In this document: positions 30,810 through 40,404 of the stretch, piece by piece
Layout of the letters: each line of letters begins with the position of its first letter
How positions within the stretch are numbered: position 1 is the stretch's first letter
IMG/VR virus record: IMGVR_UViG_3300010371_000001
Location: 38,274 to 102,273 of that record
Strand: one strand, 5' to 3'
DNA: 64,000 nucleotides
Origin: a virus
Notes under the pieces: generated by a model
Told to the model about the DNA's origin: nothing
The model's input: only the letters and a program-made list of their open reading frames with translations
Databases searched by the model: none
Made by a program: the position numbers and the translations under genes

Positions 30810-31256
30810 ATGCCAGGTGAACCGATTCTTGCGAAAGCATACCCGTCACCCGCTCAAGACCATCATCTGCTCACATGGGAACGCTTTCTTGCCCTGCGTG
30901 CGTGGGCGCAGCGCGTCGCCGATGCTGAGGGCCACCCCATCTATCTCGTCGGCTCTGCTCTGATGAAAGACCACCCACGCGACATTGATGTGTCGATCAT
31001 CGTGCCTCATGACACGTTTGTTGCGCGTTTCGGCCCCATCCCGCCGAATGCCCTGACGCCAGAGGAAGAACGCGATCCGCGCCGCATGCCCGCCTATATG
31101 AATAAACTTGCTCATTATTTGGCAGACAACGCCTATAGGCTTTGGGCATTACAAGCGGGTCTGTGCGATACGCGCCTCGACCTGAAAATCTGTCCTGATT
31201 CCTGGTGGCCTGATAACGATAAGTTGCTGCTTGCCACACCATCTCCGAAAGGATAA
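30810..31256 (+). CDS. Minimal nucleotidyltransferase (Pol-beta superfamily)
   Basis: YLVGSA..PRDIDV with a third Asp in RLDLKI. Confidence 0.7.
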   Translation: MPGEPILAKAYPSPAQDHHLLTWERFLALRAWAQRVADAEGHPIYLVGSALMKDHPRDIDVSIIVPHDTFVARFGPIPPNALTPEEERDPRRMPAYMNKLAHYLADNAYRLWALQAGLCDTRLDLKICPDSWWPDNDKLLLATPSPKG

Positions 31257-31260
31257 CCCC

Positions 31261-31794
31261 ATGTCGCAACCCATCTTGCCCGCCCTGCCCTCGCTGAAGC
31301 TGCCCCCGGAAGTCGCCACCATCGGCTCGATGCTGATCGGCCTCGCCACCCTTGCCGCCACCACATTCGGCGTGTCCCCCGATGCCACCAACGCCGCCGT
31401 GCTGGCCTTGCAATACCTCATTGCCACTGGCACCATCGTTGCTGGGCTGGTGGGCGACCTACACCTGCACAACCAGCACGTGACGCTGGCTCGCGCTCAG
31501 ATGGAAATCAGCGGCGTGCAAGCCGCATCCGTGGCATTGCCCCCACCACCCGCCACCAATGCGCCGGTCTCGCCCTCTTATGGCACAGTAACGCCCGTGC
31601 TTAGTCCACTGAATGTGCAAGGTAGCAGTGTGATGACGGTACCCGCATTCAAGGATGTGCAGATAACGCTGGGCAATGCCGCCCCTGTTGCCCCACAGCC
31701 CGCGCCATCCGACACACCGACGCAGGTGGTCGCCAAAGTGCCAGACGCCACACCAGCGAGCGCACAGGCAGCGACGGATGGCGGCGCGACGTAG
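31261..31794 (+). CDS. Holin-like membrane protein with Pro/Ala-rich tail
   Basis: Two TM helices; AAAGGA RBS; last gene before the terminator. Confidence 0.5.
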   Translation: MSQPILPALPSLKLPPEVATIGSMLIGLATLAATTFGVSPDATNAAVLALQYLIATGTIVAGLVGDLHLHNQHVTLARAQMEISGVQAASVALPPPPATNAPVSPSYGTVTPVLSPLNVQGSSVMTVPAFKDVQITLGNAAPVAPQPAPSDTPTQVVAKVPDATPASAQAATDGGAT

Positions 31795-31832
31795 CAGACA
31801 CCCTTCGTCTCTCTTGGTTCCCTCTTTTTCGT

Positions 31833-31875
31833 GCGAAAAGCCGCCCGGATCGTAATGATCTGGGCGGCTTTTCGT
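31833..31875. terminator. Bidirectional intrinsic terminator ending the late operon
   Basis: GAAAAGCCGCCCGGATC..GATCTGGGCGGCTTTTC. Confidence 0.8.
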
Positions 31876-32022
31876 GCTATATACCATTAGGCAATTTGAC
31901 TTATTGTATAGCACCTAGAGAGCACACAACCATCTTTATGGTATATTGAGGCAAGTTCACAGAGAACTGGGACTACTAGACATGGACAGAGTATAACGTA
32001 TATGTTATATTAGGGGTGGAAG

Positions 32023-32433
32023 ATGCCAAAACCGCCAAAGAAAGGGCCAGGGCCAAGCAACTCATCAAAAATTCTCCGCAGTCAAACAAGATTTCGGCGA
32101 ACTTCGCGGTATGATGAGTCGTTAGCAGCCATTCAACCACCAAAACATGGAGTAGTTGTTGCACATGTACAAACTTTTGAGCGTGCTTGGAAAGCAAGCA
32201 GGATTAACGCAGATATTCCCAACAGTTACGAGTTTAAAGAGATACAAACCAAACCAGGAGCGTATACCCTATATCAGATCTACGTTACCTCAGATTTTCG
32301 AGCAATCATGATGTTTCCGCGCAATACGAATAACGGCTATTGGATCCATGTCTGGAAAAAGTCGAGGCAAAACGACAGAGCGGAGGTCAATCGAGCAGAA
32401 CAATTCGCGGCACGACTTTGGGAGACCATGTAG
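32023..32433 (+). CDS. RelE/HigB-like toxin (putative)
   Basis: Basic 136-aa protein with a LYQIYV..FRAIM..WIHVWKK pattern; upstream of an HTH gene; low GC. Confidence 0.5.
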   Translation: MPKPPKKGPGPSNSSKILRSQTRFRRTSRYDESLAAIQPPKHGVVVAHVQTFERAWKASRINADIPNSYEFKEIQTKPGAYTLYQIYVTSDFRAIMMFPRNTNNGYWIHVWKKSRQNDRAEVNRAEQFAARLWETM

Positions 32434-32444
32434 GAGGAAAGAAG

Positions 32445-33008
32445 TTGAATAACCGAGTAACTGGCAGCATTGCCGATAGTGTGCAAAGTCTCCTTGAAGA
32501 AGGTGGACAGCAAGCATACGAATATTTACGAGAGTCATTCCTGGCCAATGCCATGTTGTTGTTGTTTCAAGCGCGTCGGGAGGCAGATCTCACCCAAGTT
32601 CAGCTCGCAGAAAAATTGAAGACACGGCAATCAGCGATAGCGCGGATGGAGAACGACACAACAGGGAGTATTTCTCTTCGGCGTTTCATCGAGGTCGCCT
32701 TGGCGTGCGGTAAAATGCCGTTCGACATCTCTCTGGCACCACTCCAAGATGTTGTCGCGTTTTCGATGCACAATCCTGAAGAGGAACGGACCGAGGTAAA
32801 CTTTGCTAAATGGCAAAGTTGGTCCTCGACAACACTCGTAAACGTGGAAGCATCTCCTGCCGTTTCCATAGCACGGGAGAACCCTCGTTGGGAGAGTACC
32901 ATACAAGTACCCCCTTCGCTCTTCAGTACCGATCAGCCCCAGCCAGAGGTGTATCCCAATCAACGCACCGTCATTCATTCTCGACAACTGATGGGAGTCG
33001 TAGCATGA
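32445..33008 (+). CDS. XRE-HTH antitoxin-like protein with long C-terminal extension
   Basis: AGGAGG + TTG; ARREADLTQVQLAEKLKTRQSAIARME. Confidence 0.75.
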   Translation: MNNRVTGSIADSVQSLLEEGGQQAYEYLRESFLANAMLLLFQARREADLTQVQLAEKLKTRQSAIARMENDTTGSISLRRFIEVALACGKMPFDISLAPLQDVVAFSMHNPEEERTEVNFAKWQSWSSTTLVNVEASPAVSIARENPRWESTIQVPPSLFSTDQPQPEVYPNQRTVIHSRQLMGVVA

Positions 33009-33718
33009 AACTCTCTAACATCAAGATTTTGACGAATCGTATATCCTACGAATGCCAGGTTGACGATCTTCGCCTATCGTCATTGGTCACGCCACGGTAT
33101 ATAGAGGCTATCAAGCAGCAATTCAATTTTCATACTGCTGCGGTCGGCCCACCTATCCCAACGTTTGGTGATGTGGCGGCAACATTCCCCCCTGGCCTCG
33201 TTTTCAATTTGGGCTTCTTCGTTGGTGAGGAAGAGCGAGTCATTCCCATACGGTTTATGCATTTTGAACAACGTCGTATTGTCATAGATGCGGCGGGATC
33301 GCCAACTGATCTTGCCCGTATCTTTGCTCACCTGCAATTCCTCTTTGAAGACGAGGACGCTTTTGATGGAAGCCCTATCATTGGCGGATCTGGAAAGCTA
33401 TTGTCCTATTCAGAAATAACGTTTTCCATCCCAGGTGGGGTGAACAATCTCTTTAGACCCAACACGCTGAGCGCAATTCGACACACGGTTAAAACTGAAC
33501 GGGGGAGCGTCTTAACGCCCATCGTGTTTTTTGTCATCGAGAAAGAGGATCAGGAATCGAGAGGCGTGGTTATCAATCCTACAAACCAGATGCTTCAACT
33601 CTCTATTCGGGCTGGGACAACGCCTTCAGACGATATTTATTTTAGCGGAGCGCCACTTGATAGCGATAAGCACCTAGAGTTATTAGAAACGATGTTTGCC
33701 TCTGGCGAGGAGGCGTAA
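33005..33718 (+). CDS. Hypothetical third component of the TA-like operon
   Basis: ATGA-coupled to the HTH gene; 237 aa, alpha/beta. Confidence 0.6.
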   Translation: MKLSNIKILTNRISYECQVDDLRLSSLVTPRYIEAIKQQFNFHTAAVGPPIPTFGDVAATFPPGLVFNLGFFVGEEERVIPIRFMHFEQRRIVIDAAGSPTDLARIFAHLQFLFEDEDAFDGSPIIGGSGKLLSYSEITFSIPGGVNNLFRPNTLSAIRHTVKTERGSVLTPIVFFVIEKEDQESRGVVINPTNQMLQLSIRAGTTPSDDIYFSGAPLDSDKHLELLETMFASGEEA

Positions 33719-33720
33719 CT

Positions 33721-33960
33721 ATGGAGGAAGAAGAATTGACATTGGCAGAGATTGCGGAACAGCGCGGTATCCCTGAACGTGTGGTGCGCTATTGGCTACG
33801 AAACGGCTTGCCCTATCGGCAGCGCAGTCGGGTGATCTTTATCAAGGTAAGCGATTTGGATGATTTCCTTCAGCGGCGTGTGGAAATCGTCACCACGTAT
33901 CGGCTCAGGCCGGAAGAAGAGAGTGAACCTGACCTATCCCTGGTGGGGGCTAGTTGCTAG
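33721..33960 (+). CDS. HTH_17/excisionase-like DNA-binding protein
   Basis: LTLAEIAE..VVRYWLRNGLP..IKVSDLDDFL. Confidence 0.7.
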   Translation: MEEEELTLAEIAEQRGIPERVVRYWLRNGLPYRQRSRVIFIKVSDLDDFLQRRVEIVTTYRLRPEEESEPDLSLVGASC

Positions 33961-33965
33961 TCATG

Positions 33966-33998
33966 CGCCCTGAGTGATTTGACTCAGGGCGCTCTCTT
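33966..33998. terminator. Terminator between convergent operons
   Basis: GCGCCCTGAGT..ACTCAGGGCGC. Confidence 0.65.
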
Positions 33999-34321
33999 TA
34001 TGGCCGTTGCCCCAGCGCCCGCTGCACGTCCCCCGCCACGGCGTCCACCTCTGCGGCACTATGCGGCTGTGTGACGAGGTGCCACAGTTGCCGGATGAGC
34101 ATACGCGCCGCCTGCGGAATCTCATCACCCTGCATGGCGCTCAGCCGGGCATCGGCGCGGGCCAGGCAGTCAAGACATCCCCACCAGATGACAATGCCGG
34201 TGATGGGATCAGGCGTGGTGATGACGCGATCCGGTGGCACATCCTGCTTGCACTTGGGGCAGCGCGTGACGATGGGTTTCAGGTTGAGGTTAATGGTGTG
34301 CCGAAGTCCTTGGGGGGTCAT
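33998..34321 (-). CDS. Zn-finger hypothetical protein
   Basis: CPKC..CLDC; GAGG RBS. Confidence 0.5.
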   Translation of the reverse strand: MTPQGLRHTINLNLKPIVTRCPKCKQDVPPDRVITTPDPITGIVIWWGCLDCLARADARLSAMQGDEIPQAARMLIRQLWHLVTQPHSAAEVDAVAGDVQRALGQRP

Positions 34322-34753
34322 GGTGGCATCCTCTCGAATAGGCAATGGGCGGGTACAAAGAGGCCCGCCGTTGTGATAGCAGGGGGTGACGGCGGGCGGT
34401 AATGGCGACGCACTACGAAGACGCGCTACAGGAACGCACTACGCAACCATGATTCGCCACGTCCAGTATACCTGCTCGCCCGCCACATGTACAGTTGTGC
34501 TGACTATCCTGTGACAGATGGGCTAGTGGACGTGCGTGACTATGAGCCACGCCGTCACCAGAGCCACCGCAACGAGCATCGCCAGCATGCCCAGGCATTG
34601 CACTCTCATGGCCGCACCGTGGCAATCGCGCCCGCCACGGCCACCACTGCGATGAGCAGCATCGCACCTGCGACGATCATCCCCAGCATGATGACATGGC
34701 GCTTGTCGATGGGCGAGACCGCATCGGATGGGGTATCATCGTTATCCACGGGG

Positions 34754-34954
34754 TTATCCACTGGATTGTGCATCCTCTCCGTGTGGTGGGCTGGGCATGC
34801 CCGCATCGTGCAGCAGCTCGTCTCTGACGATGATGATATCTGGCGGGGCTTCGATGCCCAGCTTCACCCGATCCCCCTCAACGGTCAGGATGATGATCTT
34901 GACGACGCCATTCAACACGATGGCTTCACCGGCCTTGCGGCGTAAAACGAGCAT
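34754..34954 (-). CDS. csrA: Carbon storage regulator CsrA/RsmA homolog
   Basis: MLVLRRKAGEAIVL..VEGDRVKLGIEAPPDIIIVRDEL matches the CsrA signature; AAGGAAG RBS. Confidence 0.9.
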   Translation of the reverse strand: MLVLRRKAGEAIVLNGVVKIIILTVEGDRVKLGIEAPPDIIIVRDELLHDAGMPSPPHGEDAQSSG

Positions 34955-34968
34955 CTATGCTTCCTTCC

Positions 34969-35076
34969 TTAGTGATTTCCAATAGCAATGGCGCATAGCA
35001 GGCCAGCAAGGATGGCAAGGATAACGAATCCCACCACCAGGCCAGATGTTATAAGCCGACGTGACCCATTCTCCAT
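34969..35076 (-). CDS. 35-aa single-TM peptide
   Basis: AGAGGTG RBS; MENGSRRLITSGLVVGFVILAILAGLLCAIAIGNH; its stop overlaps the csrA RBS. Confidence 0.5.
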   Translation of the reverse strand: MENGSRRLITSGLVVGFVILAILAGLLCAIAIGNH

Positions 35077-35206
35077 AGGCGATGACACCTCTTTCTCTCT
35101 GAACTGTTACGAATCAGCCTCTAGCCCTGGCAGATACAGGGCTAGGGTGGGTTTTGGCACGGGGAAATGGTGAAGGTTTTGGTTAAGCCAAGGCGGCGTC
35201 ACAGGA

Positions 35207-35230
35207 CAATTATTAGGTGACTAATAATTG
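35207..35230. repeat. Perfect AT-rich inverted repeat, candidate parS
   Basis: CAATTATTAG-gtga-CTAATAATTG immediately downstream of parB. Confidence 0.45.
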
Positions 35231-35242
35231 CCCTCAAACCCT

Positions 35243-36340
35243 TTACTCGCCTAATGCGGACGCTTCGATCTCCTCCGTAAATTGCACAAAAGCATCGTCA
35301 TCAAGGAGAGCGGCTAATCGCTGCAACAACGGGTGCAATTTCGCCTGATCCTGACGAATGATGCCTAGCACTTCGCGTACATCGTGAACGTAGCACCCTA
35401 GTGCGACCATAGGCGCAGTCCCATCGGCGATATGCGTGGCCCAAAGATTCACTTCGGGCAACTCACCTGGCACCTGCCACGCAATGGGGCGCGCCCCTTT
35501 TCGTCGCGGTTTATTCGCGCGCTCTGCAATGAGGCGAATCTGCTTGGTGGGGACCATTCCATGTTCGTTGCGTTCAGCAAGTTTTGTCGCTTGCGCCACG
35601 CGCTCGCTAATTTTCCTGATGCGCAGTAGTTCAATAGCCTGCCCCTCGCTCAACTTACCTTCTTCCAGCAGGGCAATGATGGGATCGGGCTGTTCTGCAA
35701 GAGCCATCCAGTTGTGGATAGAGGCTTGCGAGCATGACCACCGTTTCGCTAACTCTTCTTGCGTGTAGAATCGCTGCATAGGATGCTCTTGTCCACGTGC
35801 CACCCATGACTCTTGTTCCTGTTCAAACGCGATACGGGCGCTACACATCAGTCGCCCTCGCTCCAACCCTGTCAGAGGATGCTGCGAAATCTTGTTGGCC
35901 GTGAACTCCAACATGACCTCGGCCATCGTCTGATAGCGTTTCACGCGGGCGCGCAAATAATCCCAATCGGCGGCACACGCGCCCAGGTACCGCAATTTGC
36001 CATCAACGATCATAAGATGGCCCAATGGCATCCCATCGGCATCCATGCCAGGGGATTCCACATAAGCGACAGTGATGGCTTGTGTTTGCCCCAGCGTTTG
36101 GAGGCTTTTCGTCATGCCATCGATTTCATCGTTAGTGTATATGAGCGGATTGAGAGGATTAGGCCAGAGTTCGCGCACCGCAACGGACTCTTCCACTCCC
36201 TCAATATCACCCTGATTGCCCCAGCCGATCTCATTGAGCAGTTTCGCCGCATCAATCATTTCCGTGCGATGTTTGCGCTGCTGCGGCGTCGGATCATGCT
36301 GCGATGCAGCGGTAGGTGCAAACGGGACGATCTGTTGCAT
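35243..36340 (-). CDS. parB: ParB-family partition protein
   Basis: PNPLNP..SLQTLGQTQAI..IVDGKLRY ParB/Srx domain and HTH (TQEELAKRWSCSQASI); follows parA. Confidence 0.8.
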   Translation of the reverse strand: MQQIVPFAPTAASQHDPTPQQRKHRTEMIDAAKLLNEIGWGNQGDIEGVEESVAVRELWPNPLNPLIYTNDEIDGMTKSLQTLGQTQAITVAYVESPGMDADGMPLGHLMIVDGKLRYLGACAADWDYLRARVKRYQTMAEVMLEFTANKISQHPLTGLERGRLMCSARIAFEQEQESWVARGQEHPMQRFYTQEELAKRWSCSQASIHNWMALAEQPDPIIALLEEGKLSEGQAIELLRIRKISERVAQATKLAERNEHGMVPTKQIRLIAERANKPRRKGARPIAWQVPGELPEVNLWATHIADGTAPMVALGCYVHDVREVLGIIRQDQAKLHPLLQRLAALLDDDAFVQFTEEIEASALGE

Positions 36341-36343
36341 CGC

Positions 36344-37360
36344 TTACTCCAATCCTAATGTCTGCATAACGTTCTGCACCATCTGCCATGCCGCCATCCC
36401 TGGTTCGCCCAGCGGTGCATACTGGTGCAGCGAACGGTGGAACTTGGCGGCGCGATTGATGAGATCGTTTTCCATCGGGATGATGCCCAGCACAGGAGCC
36501 GTGATCAATGCCGCTGCCCGCACGCGCTGTTGATCCACGACCTCATCATGGTCCTGGGTGTAGGCTCTTAGCATTTCCGTGTGATCTTCATTGCGCGCGT
36601 TGAATTTGTTGAACACCACGCCCATCAGTTTTGCGGGTTCGCGGCGTTGTGCCTGAATCTTGCGCCGCACATCCAGATAGGCATTATAGGTGCGGTCATA
36701 GTCGCCGGGCGAGGCGAAATCAAAATCAACAGGCACGATGATGTGCGTGGCGGCGTTGACGATGTTGGCCCAGATGTGGGTGAGCGAGGGAGGCGCGTCA
36801 ATCAACACGATGCGCCGTCCTGATTCTTGTCCGATGGCCTGCTGCAATTGCATCGCAGGCTTGAAAACGGTCGTATCTTCTAGCGCACGGCGGGCAAAGA
36901 GATCTTCCACCTCTTTGATGCGCTCGGACCCTGGCACAAATTGCAGCGTGCCGGGAATGCCCCAGCCGCGCTCGCTGCGCAGACGGTTCACAGTGTCGAT
37001 GCCCAGGTGCGGCACACCTTCCCAGAGGCGATCCAACTTCACCGTGTGGGCGAATGACCCCACACCAAATGCCGGATTGGTCAGCAATCCATAGGTCGTC
37101 TGCGCAGCGTCAACGCGCTGCGTTTGCAGCCCTTCCAGAATGTCGCGCAAGCGTGGATTATCATCCGCCTCGATGGCGAGGCAGTCATACCCGGAAAGGG
37201 TTAGGCCAGTGGCGAGGTGGTGCATGATGGTGGTTTTGCCGACGCCGCCCTTGCGCTGAATGACGGCGATTACGATGGGTTGCTTCAATGGCTTTGGCAT
37301 TGCTTGTCCTATCTGTATGTGAGGTGGTAGCCCCCTTTTCAGGGGGCGCGTGTTTGGCAT
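36344..37360 (-). CDS. parA: ParA-family ATPase
   Basis: KGGVGKTT deviant Walker A, LIDAPP Walker B, GVVFNK. Confidence 0.9.
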   Translation of the reverse strand: MPNTRPLKRGLPPHIQIGQAMPKPLKQPIVIAVIQRKGGVGKTTIMHHLATGLTLSGYDCLAIEADDNPRLRDILEGLQTQRVDAAQTTYGLLTNPAFGVGSFAHTVKLDRLWEGVPHLGIDTVNRLRSERGWGIPGTLQFVPGSERIKEVEDLFARRALEDTTVFKPAMQLQQAIGQESGRRIVLIDAPPSLTHIWANIVNAATHIIVPVDFDFASPGDYDRTYNAYLDVRRKIQAQRREPAKLMGVVFNKFNARNEDHTEMLRAYTQDHDEVVDQQRVRAAALITAPVLGIIPMENDLINRAAKFHRSLHQYAPLGEPGMAAWQMVQNVMQTLGLE

Positions 37361-37372
37361 GGGATATCCTCT

Positions 37373-38191
37373 CTAGGAGGTTTGTGCCGCCAGCACGTCC
37401 GCCGATGTCTCAACGTGTGGCGCGCGGCCCCGGCGAATTGCCGTTGCCAGACGTGGTGGCAATGGTGGTGTCCCTGGTGTTTCAGTGGTGGCACTCATTG
37501 CTGCCGCGGCTGCCTCAGCAGGTAGTTCTACCGTTGTCGCTGCATTGCCCCCGAACAGCGCGCCCGCCGCGCCACGGATGCCCGCCGCGCCGATCTGGCG
37601 CATGCGCGCCTTATGCTCTGCCTGAATGCGCTCATTTTCCAGCCGTTGTGCCAAGGTAGCAGGATCTTCCACAGGTGCGGGGGCGGGATCATCGGCGGCG
37701 AATCCCCACAGTTGCGAGGCAAAGGGGATGACCAGCGCGATCAGGATGGCCGCGATGCTGAACGGCAATGCTGGCACGGGTAACAGTGCATCGGCGGCGG
37801 TGGGATGCAGGTTCGGGGCGCGCTGCGAGAAGGATGCCCAGAACTCAATCACCGCCAGGACCGCCATGCCCAGCCCTAAGAATAGCGCACGGCCCCACTG
37901 GCGGCGCAACACGCATTCGCTCAGCTTGTAGGACACGCGCAAGGTGAGACCGCCCATTGCCAGCCCGGCGGCAAAGAGTAATGGGACACCGGCACCGTGG
38001 AAGATACCCCACGTGTGCCAATCTTCGATGTTCGGTACCCAGCCATCAACCAGCATCACGCCATTGACATACCCGCTCGCCAGAATCAGTAGAGGGAGCA
38101 GCAGGTTGTCTTGAATAGCCGTGGCGAATTTCGGCATGCGCGCGTGGTGGGCGCTTTGTTGAGGTGGTGGCGTTTGCACTTGTTCGCTCAT
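37373..38191 (-). CDS. Multi-TM membrane protein
   Basis: Four hydrophobic helices followed by a coiled coil; co-oriented with parA. Confidence 0.65.
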   Translation of the reverse strand: MSEQVQTPPPQQSAHHARMPKFATAIQDNLLLPLLILASGYVNGVMLVDGWVPNIEDWHTWGIFHGAGVPLLFAAGLAMGGLTLRVSYKLSECVLRRQWGRALFLGLGMAVLAVIEFWASFSQRAPNLHPTAADALLPVPALPFSIAAILIALVIPFASQLWGFAADDPAPAPVEDPATLAQRLENERIQAEHKARMRQIGAAGIRGAAGALFGGNAATTVELPAEAAAAAMSATTETPGTPPLPPRLATAIRRGRAPHVETSADVLAAQTS

Positions 38192-38277
38192 CTCTTCTCT
38201 CTTTAGGTTTGTTCATCGTTTGCTGACGGTTTGTTCATGCCGCGTCGCCAGGCCCGCGCCGTTGCGGGGTGTCTCGT

Positions 38278-39626
38278 TTACCGTTGTGCCATACCCGCCA
38301 CCATGTATTCAGTGACGGCGTTGCCCAGGTCTGTCAGCACGAAACATAGTTCTGCATGGCCATACTGGTCCTGCATGCCGATGGCGACGATCCCTGCGCC
38401 CTGCAATTCCAGGGTCAGGCCGGTGTTCAATTCGTGCGGCCAGATGATAGGTTGATCCCCGCATTGCACTCGCACCACGAACGCTTCTAGGAAAAGCAGG
38501 GCGCTGACGGATAGGCGTTCCGTGACGCCATACGCCTGCACGTGATGACGTGCATGAGCAATCCACCTGAGCATCATGCGTCCTGCCGTTCGGCATCGTC
38601 GTCGTCGGGATAGTCATCGAACCACTGGACGGTGCCGATGCGGGCAAAATCAGCGGCGTCTTGCGCCATCGTGGCTGGGCCATCCTCATCGGCATAGAAA
38701 CTCACAGGGATGTTCCACGCTGTGACCTCGCCATGCTCAGGGCAGCGCCGCGTGCCAGTGGCATCGGTCAGGATGTAGCTACTGCACGATGATTCCTGAT
38801 GCTGGCAGGTGGGGAAATCATCTGGCACGACATGCATGCTGCCATCGGCTTGTTCGATGACGTATAGCGGGCAACGCGCCGCACACACGCCATCCACCAC
38901 GCTCAGATCGATGTACCAGTAGCGGCCCGGCATGGTGAGGCTGGGCGGCGTCTCATTGCCCTCATCTGTCCACTCGCTCACGCTGATCTCATCCACCTCA
39001 TGCCCCGCTGCTTTTGCCCATGCCGCTGCCGCGAGCGTGGCGCGGGTCGGGGCGAGGTCAACCGCATAGCACTTGCCGCAGAAGGTGACGGTCGGGTTGT
39101 CGCTGTCCATGACCAGATCGCCGCCGCAGGTCGCGCATACGCTGTCATCAATGAGCGACAGCACACCGCTGGATTTGGTCGTGAGCGCGGGAAGTTCTGT
39201 GGTGAGTATTTGTGCCATCTACGCCGCCTCACTCTCTGCTGCTTGTCCCACCGCTGGCAACGTCGCCACAAAGGCGCGGATCTCCCCTGCTGCCTGGGCA
39301 TGGCGCGTGGTGTCGCCTGTGGTGCCGCATGTCGCGCCGATGGTGTGGCCCGCCACGTATGCGCCGGTAATGACCGCAATGGCCGTGGTGCCATCGCCGT
39401 TACGGCAGGGCGCGTAGACGATGACCGTCCACAGGTCGCCCTCGTCTACGGTGAGCAAGGCATCCATGACAGATGCGTGTCCCACCACGCGCAGTGGCAC
39501 CCATCGTTCGCCCGTGTCGCTGGGGCCGCGATGCACATCCTGTCGGGTGATGAGGTTGCGTGCCAGGGAAGCGGCGGCGTCTATCAAGTCGCGTGTTGCC
39601 TGTTGTGATACGCTGGTGTTCGACAT
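38278..39626 (-). CDS. Three coupled hypothetical early genes (38278-38577, 38574-39218 Cys-rich, 39219-39626)
   Basis: Overlapping stop/start junctions with RBS motifs. Confidence 0.5.
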
Positions 39627-39696
39627 CGATTTCTCCTTGTTGATTGTGGGCATCGGTGTTGGGCGGCGTCGTTAGAGCGGTGCCGCCCGCTTTTCG

Positions 39697-40404
39697 TTAG
39701 GCTTTCTCCGGTTCCAGGAATCGCACGGCCTTGCCATGCTGGCGGGCATAGGCGATTTCAGCGGCGGTGGATTGCCCGATGTAGCCGCCGACATTCAGCA
39801 CGAATATTTCGTCAGATAAATCTATCTGGCGTAGATGGCGCGTCGCCAGTACAGCCAACGCTTCATCATCCAGTTGCAATTCGGCATCGCTCTGGCTGTC
39901 GCTACCCAGCGTCAGCACGATGTTCCCATCCAGCGCCTCTGCCAAGCGCGCCCTGCGAAATGCTTCACTGAACCGTGTGGAACCGCACAAGCAGACGATG
40001 CGTGGGAACTGCGTTGTTTCTGCCCGTGCGACGCCATCCATCATCGGGTCGGCTTTCATGGCCGTTGCCATCGCATCCTCAAATGCGGCGGCGGCTTTCG
40101 CGCTGTTGGGGTGTTCCTCGCCATACAGTCTCATCCACCAACGATACGCATACCCGGCCTTGCGCCATGCCCGCACGATGGAGCGCAACCACGATGGGTG
40201 CATAGCCTCCTCGGCTGGCACCAGCACCATTTCGCGCCCTGCCATCACATCATCGGCGAAGTTGCTGACGTATGCGACGTGGCTGCCCTCGTCGTCATAC
40301 CGGATGAGGACGCCAGTATTGTCGCTGGCCATCACCCACACGCCGTGCTGATTCTGCGTAATGCGCGCCTGTGGAATGTAGTAGGTTGCGGTGTCTTCGC
40401 TCAT
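39697..40404 (-). CDS. Protein with C-terminal nucleoside 2-deoxyribosyltransferase-like domain
   Basis: IVCLCGSTRF..HLRQIDLSDEIFVLNVGGYIGQST..EIAYA. Confidence 0.7.
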   Translation of the reverse strand: MSEDTATYYIPQARITQNQHGVWVMASDNTGVLIRYDDEGSHVAYVSNFADDVMAGREMVLVPAEEAMHPSWLRSIVRAWRKAGYAYRWWMRLYGEEHPNSAKAAAAFEDAMATAMKADPMMDGVARAETTQFPRIVCLCGSTRFSEAFRRARLAEALDGNIVLTLGSDSQSDAELQLDDEALAVLATRHLRQIDLSDEIFVLNVGGYIGQSTAAEIAYARQHGKAVRFLEPEKA

